Source of the DNA: Octopus sinensis
Taxonomy: Eukaryota
Assembly (NCBI RefSeq): GCF_006345805.1
Contig: NC_043001.1
Coordinates: 81,220,001 to 81,284,000 of the forward strand
DNA: 64,000 nt
Direction: 5' to 3'
Position numbers and translations under genes: made by a program. The notes below the pieces were generated by a model. That model saw only the letters and a list, made by a program, of their open reading frames with translations, made no database searches and was not told where the DNA came from. Shown piece by piece: positions 51,632 to 64,000 of the stretch; position 1 is the stretch's first letter; the number at the start of each line of letters is the position of its first letter.

Positions 51632-52049
51632 GTATGGAAAAAAAAAGGGGGGCGGAAAAATCTCTTAGTTAACTGTGCAAAACCAATTGGTAAAATAAGC
51701 TGAAGTGGATCTATATATATATTTCTTAAAAATCATGGTAGAGGCCTTGGTCTCAGGACCACTCATGTCTAGAAACTGAAGTTGGGGGTAAGCAAGGGCA
51801 TGCATCCCATAGAAAATCCAGCTATGAAAAAGCCTTATGATAATAGCAAAGGAGAATGACAAATATGAGATTTTAATTACTGGTTGCTTGATGACCAAAT
51901 ATATATATATATATATATAAATAAAGCATATTACTCTACCACTGGTATTTGAGTACTATTGTACTATTGTACTAGTATTGAGTACTATTTGAGTACTCTT
52001 TTTTCCACCTTGTTTCACATTTATGTGTTTACTCCGGTATATATAGGTA

Positions 52050-52124
<75 letters not shown>

Positions 52125-52689
52125 CATACATGCATACATACATGTGTGTGTGTGTGTCAAATTTCTTACTCAGTTCTGTTAGTCATATTTGTTTCAAGTT
52201 GACAAACGTCTTTTTTCCTCATTATTTCATAGACTCCTAGACTACATTTACACACACATATACATACACACACACACACACACACACACAGACACACGCA
52301 TACATTTTTCCATGCACCCATTCATATACAGCCATCCTTATAGGAACATTCACATACAGAAAAAAGGGTAAGCTTGAATGTATACCAACCCTCTTACTTT
52401 TTTTTTTTTTCCCCCCCTTTATTTTTTTCAACGGTCCTTTTTTTACTTTCTCTGCTATTTCTTGCACTGATATAATGTTGTTTATCTTATTTTTCAATTT
52501 TTGAGGCTATGATTTATTGTTTTCCTCATTTCCATTCTACACAGACACATTATGTATGAATGTTTATTTATCAGATAACTCTGTACATGGTTTTTAAGAC
52601 TTTATCCCTATACAACAGCTTCATCTATTTGTCCACATCTCTCTCCCTATCTATCTATCTATTTATCCATCTCTCTTTCTTACTCATTT

Positions 52690-52720
<31 letters not shown>

Positions 52721-52817
52721 CCATCTATCTACCTTTCTATCTGTGTCTATCTGTTTATCTATCTATCTATCTATCTATCTAGCCATCCCCCCCTCATTCT
52801 TTCTCTCTCTTTCTCTC

Positions 52818-52859
<42 letters not shown>

Positions 52860-53602
52860 TTACTCTCATGTCTCACTTTAAAATCCCAACAAAGAGCTTA
52901 AAAGGTGCGCTGAAATCTGTTTTTTAATAACACATTACTTTTTTTGTGTGTATATATATTTTAGTGTGAGTGTGTGTGTATTGTGCTTATATGTTTCATG
53001 TGTATATTTTGTATGTTTATGTTTTGCCTGTGTACATTTTGGGTGCATATCTTTTATGTATATACTTTAGTGTGTATATGTTTTGATTTACATTTCAACA
53101 GTTTTCTCCATAACAGATAAGCCATATCCAAAACACTCGCTCAAGATTTGCAGTACATTGCATACATCGTCACCAATGTATAAGCACTTGAACACATGCT
53201 CAAACATACACGCTTGCACATACATGCACACATGCATACACACACATCAATGCCAACACCTATACCCATCAGTCTTATCGCCCACATGTCTCTCTTATTC
53301 ACACTTTCACAGAGTCATGTGCAAGCCCACATGCATGTACATGTGTTTATTTATATATTCTTACAACAACTGTACACACACGTATTTATGTACACATACA
53401 CAACATATATTTACATATACACCTATGTATATGTGTGTATATATACATATATGTATGTGCATATGCATGTGTCTGTGTGTGCATATGTATGTATCTATGT
53501 ATATATGATTGCAACCATTAATGTGATCATTCTTCATGCTGGCCCTTAACCATGTACATCTTCTTGCAAACTCCCAAACTTCCAATGCAGACATACGTGC
53601 AT

Positions 53603-53648
<46 letters not shown>

Positions 53649-54066
53649 ACGTATTGAAAGCTACACATGAATACATCCTTGTCCCCAACACAATCAATTA
53701 CACATATTCCATATTCCTTCAAGATACCTACCTGCAGACTATAATCTTTACCCATTGTCCCTACTCTTCCTCACTCACCTGAGTCTCTGTTACCATTCCT
53801 CAGATAGGAAATAATCTTTCCCATCTTGTACTGTTGTTGATTCTGTTTTCTGATAAGCTAAATCTTCCACCACTGCTGCCACCATCACTGCTAATCTTCC
53901 ATTGCACTTGGACTGTTTTTGTCTTTCAGGCTTCTTTTATTCTATCTTAGGATTTCATCTTGAGAAGTTGTTGTATGGGTGTTGTTTTGCTGTCTTGCTG
54001 CACTAGAGTTGGGTTACACGAATGTATGTAACCAGTTTCCGTGTGTTCATATACACACAGCACACA

Positions 54067-54102
<36 letters not shown>

Positions 54103-54686
54103 CACACGCACACACACACACACACACCACACACACACACATGTATACTCGTGAACATATATATATACTCACAAATGCACACACTGACATACACACATAC
54201 TGACACACATACTGACACACATACATACATATATGCACACATACACACAAACACAGACACAAAGTCCCATATGAGGGTGCATGGTTTCATGCTTAAGATA
54301 TTCATTTCTGGATCATGGGATTCCAGGTTTAATTTAACCAAGTAGCCCCTTAACTTAGGCTAAGGAAGTGTCTTTTAGTATATCATTAGCAGTGTCACTT
54401 AAACCTTGTAAATGGAAAGAAGGAAGCAAAAAGTATTTATATGACTATCAAGTAGCTTGAACCTGTAATTTCAAGCCCAGTGCTATTATGCAATGTTTTG
54501 CCCTTTCCACTTGAAAAATTATGTTATAGACATCAATCTTCCTTTGCATAACAGTCACATACTCTAAATATATTCACCAAGTACATAGCTCTATTGATTA
54601 CATAACTAGAACTCTCATCCATTGGCATCAATACAAAATCTATTTCTATTCATGTACAGAAGAAACAGTAAAATAATTCAATCCCA

Positions 54687-55300
54687 ATACATTACATTAC
54701 ATTGCTTATGTTCTTCATTCCCTGTGGAGCACGGGCCATCAATAACTTTTGTCCCCTGTTCTCAACTCTAGGTTGTCTTTTCTGCTTCTTTTCAGTTGGA
54801 TCCCTACTTTGTTTTTTTTCTTTCTATTTCTTTTAGAATTTTGTTGTCATGTTTCTCTAAGGGAAGGTATTCACATCTCCTTGCATCCTTCTTCAGCTGA
54901 GTGATCCTAATTTTGTGGACTTATAAGTGTTGGTATCATGTAAAAAATACCCATGCCTGTGCCACATAAAAACCCCCAGTACACTCTGTAAAGTGGTTAG
55001 TATTAGGAAGGGTATCCAGTCATAGAAACCATGCCAAGACATGCAGCCTGGGCTGCTCTTCAGCTGGCCAGCTTCTACCAAACTATCCAACCCATGCCAG
55101 CATGGAAAATGGACATTAAATGATGATGTTTCTGTACTTATACTTTTTTGCCTAGATGGGGCTATTAGCCCTATACAAACCAATTTTTACCTCCTAGGCA
55201 GAGGCGGCTTGCCTTCCTCAAGAATAGCTTCTAGGTTCATGAGGTACACAAGCCACCATACTGCTACAAGGTGTGGACCTTGTGATGGAGCCCCAGTACA
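54687..55300 (-). mobile_element. RTE-LINE 3' end remnant with (GTAAT)n tail, interrupted by a SINE-D (about 54900-55130)
   Basis: Minus strand 54803-54712 translates GSN*KEAEKTT*S*EQGTKVIDGPCSTGNEE, resembling the RTE terminus W.EAE..A.DR..WR.VVDGLCST.NEE. A short tandem tail follows. The link to 55130-55300 is inferred. Confidence 0.6.
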
Positions 55301-55780
55301 TGACTGGTACTTATTTTGTTATCCCCATCTCTAGTAGCAAGTAGTATAACCAACAGAAATGATGTTAATGAAATTAAATTCAGAGCATAAGGGAATGTAC
55401 CAAAATACTACAAAGCATTTTGTCCCATTTTCTGCCATTCCTCTACTTCATGTAACAATTTCTAGCATTGACCCATATTTTGTATGTAACGGTAGTCCAG
55501 TTTTGATTGCTACTTATTTTCTCAATCAACCCATACAAGAAATTTTCTCTAGTGTTCAACTGATTCTATTTCCTACTGCTCTAGTGAATGTTTATATTTT
55601 CACATGTAGTGATGGTAGTTTACTGTAAGCTTTTACGTGTGGTAGTTATATCACCATCATCAAAATTATCATTTTACATCTGCTTTCCATGCTGGAATGG
55701 GTTGGATGGGTCCTCATAGTCCAAGTCCTGTTTTGTATTAGGATCTGTGCTTTCATACACTTAATGCAAACAGGCATCAT

Positions 55781-56000
55781 CCCTTTAGCATTCAGATTAT
55801 CCTATCAAATGTAATGCTTATTTATCCATGTTGTTTTGAATTAATCCTACATTATCTTGTAGCTTTGAAATTTTAAAGATGTGATTGTTTATATTTAGAA
55901 TAACATTGTAGAATAGGTGTGAGAAGCAAGATCTGATCAGTTTGAACATATAACAAGTATAATATTTGAGCTAGATATGGCTGGTTTAAATACTAAAGGG
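55781..56000 (+). mobile_element. piggyBac-like MITE (family E), 220 bp
   Basis: CCCTTTAGCATT...AATACTAAAGGG-ttaa; colinear with 3936-4156. Confidence 0.8.
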
Positions 56001-57134
56001 TTAATATAAGTGTGTTGATGATGATGATCTTCCTTTGCATTCTTTATTCCTATTTACCATCTGATTCTATAATTTCCCTGACAATCCATTTTCCCTTCTT
56101 TCTTTTCTCACCTACACACAATCTCGGTTTTGTTTGCTCCTTCTTTCCTATCCACCTCACCCTAAGTGAATAAAATTGTAATCAAAGTACACGTTTAATC
56201 ATTTTATAATGATGTCCAGATGTGTGTTTGCAAGTTGTATTAATTTATATGTTTACACACACAAGCACACATACATACAGCTATATGCTCATCACAAACA
56301 TGTTTAAATATATGTCTGTGTCTACGTCTTGTGTATTTGCATATAGAAAGTTGTCTATCTGTATGTAATCTGTGGCAATGTATATGTTTATACATTTTTC
56401 AGTTCATTTACTATTACCTCCCCTCCGGTTTCATTCATATACTCCTGACTCCCCCACCATACGTATACATACATGTATATACACACTTTCACACATACGC
56501 ATACTGGTAATTCAAAGAAATAATTTTTTATATTTATTTTGTATGTGATTCTTCTTTTACATTTTACATGTTTCAATCATTAAACTGCAGCCATGTTGTG
56601 GAACAGCCATGAAAGGTTTAATCAATTAAATCTGCACCAGTACTTATTAAGTCTGGTACTTTTTCTACCAGTCTCTTGCCAAACGGATATGTTATAGGGT
56701 TGTTGACAAACCAACACTGGCGGTCAAGTGGGGTGGGGAGACAAATACAAAGACACACCCACATTCATATCAACACATATGAAATGTTGTGGTTGTTCAG
56801 CCTCAGATCAATTCTGATTAACTAAATTTGATCAATAGTCTTTGAATTCTAACCATTCTCTGCTTCTGGAATTATGATTGCAATGCCTAATAATTCCTTA
56901 CTTTTTGTTTAAGATAGTGAATTGAGATTTGAGGGAGATTTAACTGCTATTTCTAGCTGTTTAAGTAACTATATAGATGCTTCGCCATTGAACAATATGT
57001 AAAACATACCTAGCATTAGCAACATTGAATTCTCTTCATGGCTGGCTCATGTGATAGTTTTATATTGTAGTTTTATGTCAGAGTAATGAGGTGAAAATGA
57101 TAGAATTCAGATGGTATTGAACTATCAACACAAA

Positions 57135-57622
57135 TTCTTCTGATACCAAACTGTCTGAGACCACCTCTGGTTCTATGATACAAATTTCCTGTTTAAAGTC
57201 ATCTCAATTAAAAGCCGTCTATCAAAATTTCATGTTGATTTATATTCCAAACACCATCTTAAACCTTTTGTTACTATGTTTCTGTTGAAATGTATTGCTT
57301 TGTTACAATTGATTTCGAAAATAATTAAGAATTTAGTAAACTAACTTTGTCTTTATTAAGCTGGTGTTTGGAACAAATTAACAGGAAATTTTGATGGAAG
57401 ATTTTAATTTAGATCACTTAAAAACAGGGAATTTCAGGTGTGCTGGTATGAAAAGGGTTAATGACAAACTTATTTTCTAAATTCTTCATTAGTTTTCCAA
57501 ATTAATTGAAACAATGGCAATCTATTTCAATAGAAATATGGTATCACAAAGGTTAAAGTGATCTAAATTAAAAACCTTCTTAATAATGACAAAGATCTAT
57601 CTATCTATCTATCTATCTATCT

Positions 57623-57655
<33 letters not shown>

Positions 57656-57735
57656 TATATATATATTATTAAATTCTTCATTATTTTTAAAATTAACTTA
57701 AACAAAGACAGTATATTTCACTAGACATATGGTAA
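57135..57735. mobile_element. Nested MITE family F: inverted copy 57263-57457 inserted in the TTAA of another copy
   Basis: TTAA at 57259-57262 and 57458-57461; inner TIRs ACCTTTTGTTACT / GGTATGAAAAGGG. The outer sequence resumes as tgacaaac after the second TTAA. Confidence 0.8.
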
Positions 57736-57933
57736 AATATAGCTAATGCATTCTGAAGCAGTTTAGTTAATTTTTAAAATCTCATACTATGCACGATTTT
57801 CTTCACTGTCAAAAAACTTTTTCCCTCTTGAAGCAGATCTATGATAAATATCTTTGCCTAAAGTCTCAGATTTTCTCATCTTATGATTAATGACCTTCAT
57901 ACTTTTTATGAACTTTATTGAACTGATTTATTA

Positions 57934-58134
57934 CCATATTCTTATGCTTACAAGTTAATGTAGTATTTGGTGTGAACATTCAAATATCATCATTATATTT
58001 CCAAGTCCTACTGCATTTCACATGGAATTTTTGGTCCTATAAAGTCGTCTTGGTTTATAAATCAACCTACTTTTCTTTTTTTGTTGCTGTAAATTTTAGT
58101 CCAACATTTACTTTGAATGCTGAAAAATTTGGGA
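57934..58134 (+). mobile_element. Second, more decayed copy of the Tc2-like MITE
   Basis: Colinear with 58326-58522 (gtg.acatt.aaa...gcatttcacatggaattttt...gctgtaaattttagtc). Confidence 0.55.
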
Positions 58135-58221
58135 TAACAGCAGTTATTACACTAATAACCATTCTAGAGGAACTAATGTGTGACTTGCTAAATATAGCTA
58201 GCAAATCAACACTACCACTGT

Positions 58222-58271
<50 letters not shown>

Positions 58272-58325
58272 AAATGAGTAAGGACACATTGGATAGTATA
58301 ATTTTGGATACAGTGTCTGAAAATA

Positions 58326-58522
58326 TTGGATTTCCCAGCTTACAAGTCAACATAGTATACAGTGTAAACATTTAAACATTGTCACTAGTTTTCCAACTCT
58401 TGCTGTATTTCACATGGAATTTTTTTTATCCTCCAAATTTGTCTCAGTGTGTGAGACAATCAGATTTCTTTGGCTGTAAATTTTGGTCTGAAAAGTTTTG
58501 ACTTGTATACCAGGAAATACAA
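58326..58522 (+). mobile_element. Tc1/mariner-superfamily (Tc2-like) MITE, ~200 bp
   Basis: TA flanks and ~25-bp imperfect TIRs (ttggatttcccagcttacaagtcaa / ttgacttgtataccaggaaatacaa). Confidence 0.65.
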
Positions 58523-59657
58523 TATGCAAATTTTCTTTTTATCGGTGTTGTGTAACCCAGGGTTAGCTTTGATTGAGTATTCCTCAGTCAAATCCGTAGC
58601 CATCCAGTCTTTTATTCAGAAATAGCGTGTCTAAGACCAGATTATCCAATCTGTTTTTTTTTTCGTTAAGATTTAAGATTTGGTTGCTATTTTTAGCAAA
58701 TTAAACAACTGCTTTGAGTTTTCTTTATTGGCTGTTTGAAGGTAGGAAAATAAAGTAAGATAAAGGCAGATGAAAAGATAAAAATAAGTACTTTTAGAGA
58801 AAGAGAAGCAAACATTCACAAATAATTGTATATTTAGGACATATAAAACGTATAGAAAATGAATATTCCTGCTCTCTTTTGTTTGTTTCTTATTCATTCA
58901 TTCTTAGACATTTTTTATATCGTTATTTTGTTGGAGCTTAACAAAGACAAAATTTGGAACACACCACACACATACACACACACAAGTAACCCCAAAAAAT
59001 GTTAAATGCCATAATTCTTTTGATGCCTGTTTTCGAGTTGCATTTTTGTTTATATTCTTTCTGTGCCAATAACTTTCATATCATTATTATTATTATTATT
59101 ATTGTCATTATTATTATGACACACTTGGCCGGATTCTTTGATGCCATTCTTCTATCATGGACAATTTCTTCAAGTGATGAAGAAGAAGAAAAATGGAAAA
59201 TGTTAAGAACTCCTCTTTTTCCCTTCCCTGCTCCCTCACATTGTTTCTCATCTGTCCCTTTTCTCTGTTATTACCGTGGGAAAGTTTAAGGGAATCATTG
59301 ATGGACTCCTGGTTTCTTATGTCTCATGTCTGATAAGTACTACAAGCCAGCCATTCATTTCTTGTACTTATTTGTTCTCATAATAATGGCAGTGAGTGTT
59401 GTTATTATTGTTATTGTTGTGTCAGTATATATCTATTATTTCTGTATATAATTCAGTTAATCACCGCATAACCGAACACAATGATTTAAGTACATACATT
59501 ATTATTATTATTATTAGTAGTAGTAGTAGTAGTAGCAGCAGCAGCAGTAGGACTATTACTACTACTACTACTAATAATAATAATAATTATAATGTATGTA
59601 CTTATATCATTGTGTTCGGTTATGTGGCGATAAACTGAATTACAGAAATAATACATA

Positions 59658-59729
<72 letters not shown>

Positions 59730-59870
59730 CAGCAGCAGCAGCAGCAATAGTAGTAATGCTAGGACTACAACTACTACTACTACAATTATTATTATGAATA
59801 TATTCTTTGTTTGATATAGTCTTCAGCCAAGCATGATTCTTAAGCCATAGAAAGTAGACAATTATAATTC

Positions 59871-60700
59871 GGCTGGCAGAATCATTATCATGCTGGAAAA
59901 ATTACTTAGTGGCATTTCTTCCAACTTAATGTGAGTTCAAATGCTGCTACTGCTTGGGTCGACTTTGCCTTTCATCTTTTCAGGGTCATTAGAATAATTA
60001 CCAATTGAACACTGGGATCAATGTAATCGACTTATTCTCTCTGCCAAACTTCCAGGCCCTTGTACCAAAATTTGAAACCATTATTATTATTATTCTTTTC
60101 TATTCTAGGCAGAAGGCCCGAAATTTTTTTTTTTTTTTTGGAGGGGGTGGTGCAATCGATTAGATTAACACCAGTACACAACTGGTGCTTAATTTATCAA
60201 CCCCGAAAGGATGACAAGCAAGGGCAACCTCATCAGAACTTGAACTTGGAACATAAAGACAGATGAAATACTGCTAAGCATTTCACCCAGTATGCTAACA
60301 TTTCTGCCAGCTCGCCACCTTAAAACCACTGTTATTATTAAGATGCTTCATGGCATTTGGTCTGTTCTTACATTCTCAGTTCAAATTCCCCCCGAGGTTG
60401 ACTTTGCATTTCATTCTTTCAGGGTTGATGAAATAAGTACCAGTTGAGCACTGGAGTCAATGTAATCAACTAGCCCCTTCTCCTAAAGTTTCAGGCCTTT
60501 TTCCTATAGTAGAAAGGACTATTACTATTGTTGTTGTTGTTGTTGTTGTTGTTATTTGTTAGGGCAATGGACAAATGGGATCATTAGCACATCAGACAAA
60601 ACGCTTATCAGCATTTCTTCTGGTTTTTTATGGTCGGAGATCACATTCTGGCAAGTTCAACTTTGCTCTTCATCCTCTCAAGATCTATAAAATAAATACC
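59871..60700. mobile_element. SINE-B cluster in mixed orientation (+ 59871-60080, - 60093-60321, + 60345-60520, + 60560-60700)
   Basis: Family core found in both orientations. Confidence 0.8.
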
Positions 60701-61851
60701 AGTGGATCACTTGTGAGATCAATCATCATCATCATTGTTTAATTTCTAGTCTCCATGCTGGATGGGTTGGATAGTTTGACATGGGGATGGCTAGCAGGCA
60801 GCTGTCCAGACTCTGTCCATTGTGACATGGTTTCTATGGCTGGATGCCCTTCCTAATGCCAATGATCAATATAATCATCAAATCATTATGATCCAACACC
60901 AGTTGGCAAGTGGCAGGGAAGTACAAACACAGATACAAATCCTCACACACACATGCATATGTGATAGGCTTCCACATAGTTTTCATCTACCAAGTCCACT
61001 CACAGAGCATTGGGACTGAACCCCAAACCACATGGTTACAAAGTGACCTTCTTAACTACATAGCCAGCTCTGTGCCAATTTATGCTTACAATTGTGATTG
61101 ATTTCACAGTTTATAGTTTTTTCCCTAATTACTCAATTTACATTTATATTTTTATGCACTGAGTCGAAAACTTATTTTGTAGAGTTCAGTTTATTCACCC
61201 ACTGTACTGATTGTTGTTTAATTAAAACAATTAATTAGTTATTAGGAAACTGACTTTTTTTTTTATATTTTCAAAAGCTGATATTACTTTTGTAGATGAT
61301 ATTAAAATCAATCAAACATTTCACTAAGGGTGTTGCAGGGCTTAGAAGAAGCTTCAAAAGTAGCTAAGATTTCCTATTGTACAATTACTTGTATGTCACA
61401 GGGTAGGACTGCAAAACAGATTCTTCAAGCTGAGTCAACCAGCAAGAGACCTAGGTGCAGACCATAAGCTAGATGGTTGAATGACATTTTCTACTACAGG
61501 CCTGAGATTTTAGTGTAGTTGATAACACTAACCCCAGTTTTCAACTGGTACATTATTTTATCAACCCTGAAAGGATGAAATGCTGAGTTGACATTGGCAG
61601 AATTTAAACTTGGAACATAAAGCCAAAAGAAATGCAACTAAAAATTCTACCAACATGCCGCCTTAATAATTATAGTAGTAAATTTTTCTGCTGTAGGCTC
61701 AAGGAGTGAAATTTTGGGGGAAGGTGTTAGTTAATTACACCAATCTCAAAGAATCCCTGGTACTTATTTTATCAATTCTGAAGGGACAAAAAGAAAAGTT
61801 GACTTTGACAGAATTTAAACTCTGGGCAAAAAGCAAGAAAAAAACCCCACT

Positions 61852-62230
61852 AGGCATGGCTTTGTAGTAAGAAGCTTGCTTCCCAGCCACATGGTTCCAG
61901 GTTCAGTCCCACTATGTAGCACCTTGGGCAAGTGTCTTGTGTCTTCTACTGTAGCTTCAGGCTGACCAAAGCCTTGTGAATGGGTTTGGTAGATGGAAAC
62001 TGATAGCAGTCCATCATATATGTGTGTGTTTGTCCCCACACTATCACCTGACAACCGGTGTTGGCGTGTTTATATCCCTGTGGCTTAGTAGTTCATCAAA
62101 AGAGACCAATAGAATAAATACTATGCTTACAAAGAATAAGTCCTGGGGTCAATTTCTTCAACTAAAACCCCTTAAGGCAGTGTTCCAGCATGGCCACAGT
62201 CAAATGACTGAAACAAATCAAAGAAATAAA
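61852..62230 (+). mobile_element. SINE family A, full length; further 5' halves at about 63465-63610 and 63845-63975
   Basis: Colinear with the family. Confidence 0.85.
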
Positions 62231-62276
62231 GAGTTTGGTCCCCTATGCTAACAATTCTACCATTTTGCCAACTTAA

Positions 62277-62455
62277 CCCTTTAGTATTCAGATTCCTTTG
62301 TCCAATTTATTGCTTATTTTTTCACAGCTTTCAATTTATCAGACGTTCTCTTGTAGCTTCAATATTGTGATGATGTGATTGTATATTTTTATTTAGAATG
62401 ACATTGTAGGGTAAGTGTGGGAGGTTGGATCTGGTCAGTTTAAACACATAAAGGA
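62277..62455 (+). mobile_element. piggyBac-like MITE (family E), internally deleted
   Basis: TTAA at 62273-62276 and 62456-62459; starts CCCTTTAGTATTCAGATT. Confidence 0.75.
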
Positions 62456-63412
62456 TTAAGATGGTTGTGTAATATCCATAATTGCAGTTGGTCACACTTG
62501 GTAATCGAGCAAGAAAGTGTAATGAGAGTTGTTTCAGATAGGACCCTTTGGAGATGTTTGAAGAGTCTACCCTCTTGATTCTACCATGAATAGTAGGCAG
62601 CAAAATGGCTGAATTGACTTGTATAGGTGTTAATTGAATTTCCTGAGAGGTCACTCAAGATACCTGAGACCAGCTACTAACTGGGCTTATTACAAAGTTA
62701 CTTTATTTGCTTGTAATCTGCTATTTGTTCAATAATTAGTAAATTGAGTGACTTCCCATTAATTTCGGTATCACCGAAGTTATCCAAGAGTAGGGACTTC
62801 TTCATTAATTGAAGAATGCTAAGTTAATTGAGCGACACATCATCGGTTGAGCTGTTACTCATCTTGCTTCAGATAATATCTAAGACTTGCATTGTTCATT
62901 GAGAAAATAATATGAAGTGAATGAGCTGTATGGTATTTAACCATGTCACATTTAATTCCAGTGAGTGAGGTGTTAGTAATTAATAAAGGGTATCAGTATT
63001 TTAATTAATAAATGGAATGTTTGCGTTATTAAAAGTATAATCCTTTAAGTCATTAGTGAGGGCGATTTGAGATCCTTATCATCATCACAAACTATATATC
63101 TATCACTCACTAAATTAAAAATGAATTGTAAATTGATCTTCTGTGGCTTGTTATTCATTAGTAAATTAGGTGAGTTAGAGATTATTAATTAATTGATTGA
63201 TTAGGTAATTAAAATTGAGTGTCACTTTATTATTAAACGACATCCTAGGCTGGTTAGTTGAGTGGAACAATATTACAGTAACATACTTACAGTAGGCCAA
63301 TGCATTTTTCGTTTATTTGGGCCACCATGAGTTTAGTGTGACACTGCTTTATATCAGTCATCACTTTCAGACTGCAATTAGAACCAGAGCAGTGATGAAA
63401 TAAGGCAGATAA

Positions 63413-63466
<54 letters not shown>

Positions 63467-64000
63467 GGTTAAGAAGCTTGCTTCCTGACCACATAATCTC
63501 AAGCTCTGACCCACTGCATGTTATCTTAGGCAAGTGTCTTCTATAGCTTCAGGCTGTCCAAAGCCTTGTGAGTGAATTTGGTAGGTGGAAACTGTAAGAA
63601 GCCTCTCTGTATACATCTGTATGTGTGCATATGTGTGTGTGAATATAATCCACTAAAACATAATGGTATTGTCCCAGCATGCCCCATAGTCCAATGACTA
63701 TAACCAGTAAAGGAAGAATAAAAGGTACATATGTATACACCACATTTGTACAAATATATCTTGCATGAAAGAAAAAAAATCACAAAAATACAGAGATGAA
63801 GAAAAATTATATAAGGAAAGATTATATATCTTAGATGCACAATTGTGGCTGAGTACAACATGGTTTGAGGCGCAACTCACTGTGTGACACCTTGGATAAG
63901 TGTCTTCTGCTGTAGCTCTGGGCTAACCAATGTCGTGTGAGTGAATTTGGTAAACAGAAACTGTGTGGAAGCCTGTCTATCTATCTGTCTGATTAATTAT

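Larger units (their letters stand above)
61340..62600 (+). mobile_element. RTE-LINE 3' end split by about 1 kb of younger insertions
   Basis: 61405-61488 translates RTAKQILQAESTSKRPRCRP*ARWLNDI, and 62459-62578 translates RWLCNIHNCSWSHLVIEQESVMRVVSDRTLWRCLKSLPS*. Both match RTE C-terminal motifs (KRPRGRP..RW.D; A.DR..WR). Confidence 0.8.
32793..64000 (+). other. Phase-2 plexin intron, at least 31.2 kb, running off the window end
   Basis: Starts gtaagt. No segment encoding the expected CxxC/CxWC PSI continuation was found by eye. Confidence 0.75.

Noticed and set aside
63150-63176. 8-nt AG|TAAATTAG|GTGAGT segment
   Set aside because: Not a multiple of 3 and weak tract; strong donor alone.

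Overview
AT-rich eukaryotic genomic DNA, dense in microsatellites and SINEs. The repeat families and simple-repeat load look like an octopus (coleoid cephalopod) genome; this is recognition, not a search result. The window lies inside one large + strand plexin gene. Only two constitutive coding exons are supportable: 1454-1622 and 32702-32792. They join in phase across a 31,079-bp GT-AG intron and encode the IPT/TIG-like segment between PSI1 and PSI2 (ITLQVMNLPQ...IPTGK-DHIVMKLSVR...NFTFFDCNVHSS). I found no next exon (expected to start N-TGY and encode CxxC...CxWC) in the remaining 31 kb. The introns hold dozens of tRNA-derived SINEs, TTAA piggyBac-like, Tc2-like and hAT-like MITEs, and decayed RTE-LINE 3' ends. 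Nearly all listed ORFs are microsatellite artefacts. The best lead is a 9-nt frame-preserving candidate neural microexon at 51623-51631, with a CTAAC branch point, a UGC motif and a CAG|GTATGG donor. Other leads are weaker cassette or poison exon candidates, a CpG-decayed hammerhead ribozyme fossil, a structured island at 3008-3129, a LINE remnant with C2H2 fingers, and readable nested insertions. No prokaryote-type system is present. Repeat boundaries are approximate unless a target-site duplication (TSD) or terminal inverted repeat (TIR) is quoted.
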